DNA from: an uncultured Oscillospiraceae bacterium
Lineage (GTDB): Bacteria; Bacillota; Clostridia; Oscillospirales; SIG627
Length of the DNA stretch: 64,000 nt
Direction: 5' to 3'
Assembly (NCBI GenBank): GCA_964558655.1
Contig: CAZLEX010000002.1
Location: forward strand, 1,600 to 65,599
The position numbers and the translations under genes were made by a program. Below, one piece after another: positions 58,042-64,000 of this stretch (the stretch's first letter is position 1; every line of letters begins with the position of its first letter). The notes under the pieces are model-generated. The model worked only from the letters and a program-made list of their open reading frames with translations, made no database searches and was not told the origin of the DNA.

Positions 58042-60333
58042 ATGAGAATTGCTTTGGCGGGCAACCCTAACAGCGGTAAGACGACCATGTACAATGCCCT
58101 GACCGGCAGAAACGAAAAAGTCGGAAACTGGGCCGGAGTTACGGTTGAAAGAAAGGAGCATGAAATCAAGAAATCGCTTACGGGAGGAAAGAGCGGAATT
58201 GTCGCAGTGGACCTTCCCGGTGCGTATTCGATGTCCCCTTTTACATCGGAAGAGAGCATAACCAGCTCTTATGTAAGGAATGAAAATCCCGATGCCATTA
58301 TAAACATAGTGGACGCTACAAATCTTTCAAGAAGCCTTTTCTTTACAACACAGCTTTTGGAGTTGGGGATACCCGTTGTGGTTGCACTCAATAAAGCCGA
58401 TATTAACAAAAAGAAAGGCACGAAAATCGACACGCAAAAACTTTCTCAATTACTGAAATGTCCCGTTATAGATACGGTATCGACATCTTCCGAAGGTCTT
58501 GAGAGCGTTGTGCTCCGTGCAATAGAGTCTAACGGAAATTCTCAGGAAGCACCGTGGACTCAGGGAGATATCGACCTGAGCAATAAAGAAGAGGTAGTTG
58601 CCGCCGATAAACGCCGTTTTGATTTTGTAAACGGTATTGTTAAGTCGACGGAAAACAGAAAAATTCTGACAAGAGAAAAGAATTCGCAGGATAAACTTGA
58701 CAGAGTTCTTACAAATAAGTGGCTCGGTATTCCGATTTTTGCGGTTGTTATGTTCCTTGTTTTCCAAATCTCGCAGGTATGGGTAGGACCGTGGATCGCT
58801 GAGGGATATGTCTTTGAAAAAGACGATACTGTTTCGCTCACATACGGTGAAAATGTTTATGACATGACAAGGCCGGACGAATCCGAAGAGGAAGGAATTC
58901 TCGGAAAATGGGAGCTTGACGGAACCGTTATGGACTTCAGTGAGGACGGTACTTTTACTCTTACGCAAAACGGAAGTGTAAAGAGCGGTGAATATACATT
59001 TGAAGAAGATGTATTGACTGCCGAACTTGACGGAGAAGAGCTTGATGTCGAGTTCGATTCCAACGATGTCGAAATACCCGGACTTGTAACTCTTATCGAG
59101 ATGTTTCAGGAAAAAGCGGACGAGTGGCTGGAAGACGCTTCTCCGATTTTGAGAGCACTTTTGGTTGACGGAATTATAGGCGGTGTCGGTGCGGTTGTCG
59201 GATTTTTGCCTCTTGTCATGGTTATGTATTTTCTTATTGCACTTTTGGAAGACTGCGGATATATGGCGAGAGTATCTGTCGTGCTTGATCCTATATTCAA
59301 AAAAGTCGGTCTTTCCGGTAAATCGGTTATTCCCTTCGTAATCGGAGTCGGCTGTGCCATTCCCGGAGTAATGGCTTCCCGTACAATAAGGAACGAGAGA
59401 GAACGCAGAGCTACCGCAATGCTTACTTCGTTTATGCCGTGCGGTGCAAAAATCCCGGTAATTTCGCTATTTGCGGGTGCGTTTTTCGATAATGCCGGCT
59501 GGGTAAGCACACTTATGTATTTTTCCGGAATAATTCTCATTTTCTTCGGAGCTTTGATTATTAACAAAATTGCCGGATACAAATCAAGAAAATCGTTTTT
59601 CATCATGGAACTTCCCGAATACAAGGCTCCCAGCTTTTTGCGTGCTTTTAAATCCATGTGTTCACGCGGTTGGGCTTACATAGTAAAAGCCGCTACGATT
59701 ATTTTGCTTTGCAACACGGCAGTTCAGGTTATGGAAAGCTTTACATGGAGCTTTAAAGAGGCCGAAAGTGCGGATGTTTCCATTCTTGCAAGCATTGCAC
59801 ACCCGTTTGCTTATCTGATTGTCCCGGTTGTAGGTATACTTTCCTGGCAGCTTGCCGCCGCTGCGGTTACGGGATTTATCGCAAAAGAAAATGTTGTCGG
59901 TACACTTGCGGTATGTTTCGGAATTACCAGTTTTATAGATGTAGAAGAACTTGCTATGATTGAGGGATCGGGTGCCGAAGTTTATGCGGCGTTCGGACTT
60001 ACAAAGGTCGCGGCTCTGGCTTATCTTATGTTTAATCTTTTCACGCCGCCTTGTTTTGCCGCTATCGGTGCCATGAATTCGGAAATGAAGAGCAAAAAAT
60101 GGTTATGGGGTGCAATAGGTTTTCAGCTCGGCACCGGATTTACGGTAGGATATCTCGTATATCAAATAGGAACACTTATTACGACAGGCAAATTCGGTGC
60201 CGGATTTGCGGGCGGTCTTGTAGCGGTTGCCGTTTTTGCGGGAGTGCTTATATATCTGTGTGCGACATCTGACAAACGGTTGAAAGCGGAATATGCTCTT
60301 GACGGCAAGAAAGCTACACCTGTCAGTAAATAA
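58042..60333 (+). CDS. feoB: ferrous iron transporter FeoB with an inserted segment in the first extracytoplasmic loop
   Basis: G-domain GNPNSGKTT / DLPG / NKAD, plus the gate-motif TM core. See the finding on the insertion of about 90 aa. Confidence 0.93.
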   Translation: MRIALAGNPNSGKTTMYNALTGRNEKVGNWAGVTVERKEHEIKKSLTGGKSGIVAVDLPGAYSMSPFTSEESITSSYVRNENPDAIINIVDATNLSRSLFFTTQLLELGIPVVVALNKADINKKKGTKIDTQKLSQLLKCPVIDTVSTSSEGLESVVLRAIESNGNSQEAPWTQGDIDLSNKEEVVAADKRRFDFVNGIVKSTENRKILTREKNSQDKLDRVLTNKWLGIPIFAVVMFLVFQISQVWVGPWIAEGYVFEKDDTVSLTYGENVYDMTRPDESEEEGILGKWELDGTVMDFSEDGTFTLTQNGSVKSGEYTFEEDVLTAELDGEELDVEFDSNDVEIPGLVTLIEMFQEKADEWLEDASPILRALLVDGIIGGVGAVVGFLPLVMVMYFLIALLEDCGYMARVSVVLDPIFKKVGLSGKSVIPFVIGVGCAIPGVMASRTIRNERERRATAMLTSFMPCGAKIPVISLFAGAFFDNAGWVSTLMYFSGIILIFFGALIINKIAGYKSRKSFFIMELPEYKAPSFLRAFKSMCSRGWAYIVKAATIILLCNTAVQVMESFTWSFKEAESADVSILASIAHPFAYLIVPVVGILSWQLAAAAVTGFIAKENVVGTLAVCFGITSFIDVEELAMIEGSGAEVYAAFGLTKVAALAYLMFNLFTPPCFAAIGAMNSEMKSKKWLWGAIGFQLGTGFTVGYLVYQIGTLITTGKFGAGFAGGLVAVAVFAGVLIYLCATSDKRLKAEYALDGKKATPVSK

Positions 60334-60344
60334 AGGATAAAAAT

Positions 60345-60518
60345 ATGAAACTTGCTGATTTTATTATTATAGGAATTTTGGCACTGATAATAGTTTTGGC
60401 ACTTGCTTATATAAGGCGTGCAAAAAAAAGCGGGAAGAAGTGTATTGGCTGTCCCGATGCGGGTGCTTGCTGTTCAAAAAAATGTTCTTGCTGTCAAGAT
60501 GGCGATGACAAAAAATAA
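60345..60518 (+). CDS. FeoB-associated Cys-rich small membrane protein (57 aa)
   Basis: Not in the ORF track because it is under 60 aa. MKLADFIIIGILALIIVLALAYIRRAKKSGKKCIGCPDAGACCSKKCSCCQDGDDKK. It starts 12 nt after feoB and matches the known feoB-linked TM plus Cys-rich tail family. Confidence 0.7.
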   Translation: MKLADFIIIGILALIIVLALAYIRRAKKSGKKCIGCPDAGACCSKKCSCCQDGDDKK

Positions 60519-60545
60519 AAACTCCTCTTTATGATTTAACACAGG

Positions 60546-60576
60546 GAAAAGCGTGCGAAATGTTTGCACGCTTTTC
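60546..60576 (+). terminator. rho-independent terminator after the feo operon
   Basis: GAAAAGCGTGC-N9-GCACGCTTTTC followed by a T-rich tract. Confidence 0.75.
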
Positions 60577-60726
60577 TTTGTTCTGTGAAAAAGCGGTTTT
60601 GCGTGGGATTTTCGACAATTTTTTCACTTTTATAGATAAAAATAAAAGTTTTTTAAAAAAAGCCTTGAAACATTTAGAAAAAAGATGTAAAATATAATGT
60701 AAAATTGTGTGCAAAGGAGAATTGAT

Positions 60727-61998
60727 GTGGCAGAAATCAGATCGTTTAAGGCGTTGAGATTTACCGAAAAAGCGGGCGATATAAAAAACAATGTATGCCC
60801 ACCGTATGATATTATTTCCGAAAAAGAAAGAGAAGAACTTATCGAAAAAAGTTTGAATAATGTAATCAGGCTTGAACTTCCTCAGGGCGACAACCCTTAC
60901 GAAAATGCAGGGAAAGTGCTGAATGAATGGTTGAGGGACGGCATTGTTGCCTGCGACGAGAAAGACGGCATATATATTTACGAAGAAACTTTTGAATGTG
61001 AAAACCGCCGTTATAAAATTCGCGGTATTATAACTTTGGTGAGACTTGAAGAGTTTTCAAAGGGAGTTGTACTTCCGCATGAAGAAACTCTTTCAAAGGC
61101 GAAAGAGGATCGTTTTAAACTCATGAGTTCCACTTTTTGCAATTTCAGTCAGGTTTATTCAATGTATATTGACGAATCCGGCAATGTAAAAAAACTTGTT
61201 GACGGTATTGTTTCGAAAAAATGCAATGTTGAATTTGTTGCCGATGACGGAATAATTCACCGCCTTTGGATTGAAAACGACGACGGTGTTATATCGGGGC
61301 TTGTAAAAGAGTTTTCCTCAAAACAGCTGTTTATTGCCGACGGGCATCACCGTTATGAGACCGCACTCAACTTCCGCAACAAAATGCGTGAGGACGGTTT
61401 GCTTGACAGTGCCGACGGTCTTGGAAATTATGTAATGATGTTCCTTGCCGATATAGACGACGAAGGACTTGTGATACTGCCTACGCACCGAATGGTTCGA
61501 AATATCGAAAATTACGACATCGACGATGCTCTCAAAGAGATATCCGAAAAATTTGATGTCGAATGGATTGACGGGCTTGACGGCATAAAAGAACGCCTCG
61601 ATTCTTCAAAAAATCGCGCGTATGCTTATTATACGGGTAAAAACGGTTATTACCTTTGCACATTGCGTGATGAGAGCGAAACTTACAAGCTTCATGCCGA
61701 CAGGTCGGAGGCTTATTCACAGCTTGATGTAACAGGACTTCACTCTCACATTCTTGAACCCGTTTTCAAAATTGACAAGGAAAATATGGCATCTCAGAAA
61801 AACCTTGTATATACAAGAAGCCTTGACGAAGCGATTGAAAAAGTCGCCTGCGGTGAATTTCAGTGTTCGTTTATTCTCCGTTCAACCAAGATGCGTCAGA
61901 TAAAAGACGTTGCTCTTGCGGGAGATAAAATGCCTCAGAAGTCGACTTATTTCTATCCCAAGCTTATTACGGGCCTCGTAATGAATAAATTCAGATGA
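60727..61998 (+). CDS. DUF1015 domain-containing protein
   Basis: IRSFKALRF...CPPYDIISEKERE...IRLELPQ is the characteristic DUF1015 N-terminus. GTG 60727 lies 7 nt after AAGGAG. Confidence 0.75.
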   Translation: MAEIRSFKALRFTEKAGDIKNNVCPPYDIISEKEREELIEKSLNNVIRLELPQGDNPYENAGKVLNEWLRDGIVACDEKDGIYIYEETFECENRRYKIRGIITLVRLEEFSKGVVLPHEETLSKAKEDRFKLMSSTFCNFSQVYSMYIDESGNVKKLVDGIVSKKCNVEFVADDGIIHRLWIENDDGVISGLVKEFSSKQLFIADGHHRYETALNFRNKMREDGLLDSADGLGNYVMMFLADIDDEGLVILPTHRMVRNIENYDIDDALKEISEKFDVEWIDGLDGIKERLDSSKNRAYAYYTGKNGYYLCTLRDESETYKLHADRSEAYSQLDVTGLHSHILEPVFKIDKENMASQKNLVYTRSLDEAIEKVACGEFQCSFILRSTKMRQIKDVALAGDKMPQKSTYFYPKLITGLVMNKFR

Positions 61999-62013
61999 TA
62001 AAGGATTAATAAA

Positions 62014-64000
62014 ATGTGTAACAACGAAAAACAAAATCTTTCCACAACTTACGACCCGAAAAGTTTTGAGTCGGCAATTTACAAAAGATGGGAAGAAAAC
62101 GGATACTTCAAGCCGTCGGACGACAGGACGAAAACACCGTTTTCCATTGTAATTCCGCCTCCCAATGTAACAGGCAAGCTTCATATGGGACACGCTCTCG
62201 ACGATACTTTGCAGGATATAATTATCCGTACAAAAAGAATGCAGGGGTACAACACTCTTTGGATTCCGGGTACAGACCATGCGGGAATTGCCACTCAAAT
62301 AAAAGTTGAGGAGGAGCTTCGCAAAAACGAAGGCCTTTCACGCCATGATATAGGCCGTGAAGAATTTTTGAACAGAGTATGGGCGTGGAAAAATCAGTAC
62401 GGCGGTATAATCATATCGCAGCTTAAAAAAATGGGAGTTTCATGCGACTGGTCAAGAGAAGCGTTTACCATGAGTCCGTCGCTTTCCAAAGCCGTAAAAA
62501 AGACCTTTGTTTCTCTTTACAATAAGGGACTGATTTATCACGGATACAGAATCATAAATTGGTGTCCGAAGTGCAATACGGCTCTTTCGGATACAGAAGT
62601 TGAATATAAAGATTTGCCCGGTAATTTCTGGCATATACGATATCCTATTGAGAACACGGATTCCTATCTCGTGGTTGCCACTACTCGTCCGGAAACCTAT
62701 TTCGGAGACAGTGCGGTCGCGGTACACCCCGATGATGAAAGATATGCTCACCTTGTCGGAAAAAATGTTATTCTGCCACTTATCGGAAGAAAGATTCCGA
62801 TAATAGCCGATGAGTATGTCGACCGTGAATTCGGAACGGGCTGTGTGAAAATCACCCCCTGTCACGACCCCAACGACTTTGAAGTCGGAAAGCGTCATAA
62901 TCTTGAAAATCTCTGCGTACTTGACGGAAATGCACATCTCAACGAACTGTGCGGAAAATATGCCGGTTTGGACAGATACGAGGCAAGAAAACTTTTGATC
63001 GAAGAGCTTTCGGAAAAGGGATTTTTGGAAAAGACAGAAGAACACTCGCATAATGTCGCACACTGTTACAGATGCGGAACGACCGTTGAGCCTTTGGCAT
63101 CGAAACAGTGGTTTGTAAGTATGAAACCGCTTGCAAAACCCGCTATTGAGGCGGTAAAGTCGGGAGAAATCAAGTATATTCCCGACAGATTTTCCAAGAT
63201 ATACATGAATTGGATGGAAAATATTCAGGACTGGTGCGTTTCCCGTCAGCTTTGGTGGGGACACCGTATACCTGCTTATTACTGTGACGAGTGTGGAGAA
63301 GTTACCGTTTCCGAAACCGATGTAACGGTATGCCCGAAGTGTCATTCCGATAAAATTCACCAGGACGAAGATGTTTTAGACACATGGTTCTCTTCGGCAC
63401 TTTGGCCTTTTTCGACTCTCGGCTGGCCCGAAAAGACAGAAGATTTAGACTATTTTTATCCGACAAGCGTTCTTGTTACGGCGTATGATATAATAACTTT
63501 CTGGGTAAGCAAGATGATTTTTTCCGGAATTGAACAGATGAAGGAAATACCGTTTAAATATGTATTCATTCACGGTCTTGTACGCGATTCTCAGGGAAGA
63601 AAGATGTCAAAATCACTCGGAAACGGAATAGATCCGCTCGAAGTTATAGACAAATACGGAGCCGACGCTCTGCGTTTCACTCTCGCTACCGGAAATTCAC
63701 CCGGAAACGATATGCGGTTTAATTTTGAGAGGGTGGAGGCATCGCGTAATTTTGCAAACAAGCTTTGGAACGCTTCCCGATTTGTCCGTATGAATTTGGA
63801 TATAGACACACTGTCGCTTCCGGATGTTTCAGAATTGCGTGCCGAAGATAAATGGTTGCTTAATGCGTTCAATATACTTGTTTCCGAAGTTAGTGCAAAC
63901 ATTGACAAGTATGAACTCGGAATTGCTCTTGCCAAAGTGTACGATTTCATATGGGATATTTTCTGCGACTGGTATATTGAGCTTGTTAAACCGCGTCTTG
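62014..64000 (+). CDS. valS: valine--tRNA ligase, N-terminal about 662 codons (continues past window end)
   Basis: My own translation from ATG 62014 gives [32 protein letters not shown]...[15 protein letters not shown]...TRPET...RKMSKSLGN... with no stop before 64000. It is absent from the ORF track because it is open-ended. Confidence 0.93.
   Translation, partial: MCNNEKQNLSTTYDPKSFESAIYKRWEENGYFKPSDDRTKTPFSIVIPPPNVTGKLHMGHALDDTLQDIIIRTKRMQGYNTLWIPGTDHAGIATQIKVEEELRKNEGLSRHDIGREEFLNRVWAWKNQYGGIIISQLKKMGVSCDWSREAFTMSPSLSKAVKKTFVSLYNKGLIYHGYRIINWCPKCNTALSDTEVEYKDLPGNFWHIRYPIENTDSYLVVATTRPETYFGDSAVAVHPDDERYAHLVGKNVILPLIGRKIPIIADEYVDREFGTGCVKITPCHDPNDFEVGKRHNLENLCVLDGNAHLNELCGKYAGLDRYEARKLLIEELSEKGFLEKTEEHSHNVAHCYRCGTTVEPLASKQWFVSMKPLAKPAIEAVKSGEIKYIPDRFSKIYMNWMENIQDWCVSRQLWWGHRIPAYYCDECGEVTVSETDVTVCPKCHSDKIHQDEDVLDTWFSSALWPFSTLGWPEKTEDLDYFYPTSVLVTAYDIITFWVSKMIFSGIEQMKEIPFKYVFIHGLVRDSQGRKMSKSLGNGIDPLEVIDKYGADALRFTLATGNSPGNDMRFNFERVEASRNFANKLWNASRFVRMNLDIDTLSLPDVSELRAEDKWLLNAFNILVSEVSANIDKYELGIALAKVYDFIWDIFCDWYIELVKPRL

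Noticed and set aside
62452-63360. 302-aa minus-strand ORF, the only long ORF the track lists in this region
   Set aside because: The plus strand is open from ATG 62014 to the window end and encodes an obvious ValRS (HMGH, KMSKS). The minus ORF is its antisense shadow.

Overview
This is a chromosomal segment from a low-GC Firmicute. Gene order and protein families look Clostridia-like, but the taxon cannot be fixed from this window. Most of it is core housekeeping. In order: a minus-strand Fe-S operon (Rrf2 regulator, nifS, nifU/iscU), a frameshifted GH2 beta-mannosidase-like gene, VanZ, CDF and SGNH genes, gdhA, an oxidoreductase, a P1B-type ATPase with no N-terminal metal-binding domain, and an ECF sigma pair. 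Then comes a complete hisZ-G-D-C-B-H-A-F-IE operon led by a TrpR/YerC-like gene, a GH127-like gene, a class II aldolase, an alaA-like aminotransferase and rsmD-coaD. Next is a dcw cluster (mraZ to ftsZ) that lacks murD and ftsA, followed by rpmB, an Fe-ADH, hrcA-grpE-dnaK-dnaJ with a CIRCE element, addA, maa, a DtxR-like regulator with feoA-feoB, a DUF1015 gene, and the 5' part of valS, which runs off the window and is missing from the ORF track. The one clearly accessory patch lies at about 8.7-12.2 kb. It holds two full-length, same-strand type I R-M specificity genes (hsdS) carrying four different target-recognition domains and four direct copies of the conserved coiled-coil region. Between them sits a relic hsdS-3'/hsdM-3' junction. 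A perfect 48-bp direct repeat brackets the second unit, and a 10-bp direct repeat brackets the whole array. I found no hsdM, hsdR, recombinase or transposase anywhere in the 64 kb. This orphan hsdS array is my best candidate for something unusual. Its function is inference only. I recognised no rRNA, tRNA, CRISPR array or IS element. All calls rest on reading the translations and sequence by eye; no database search was possible.
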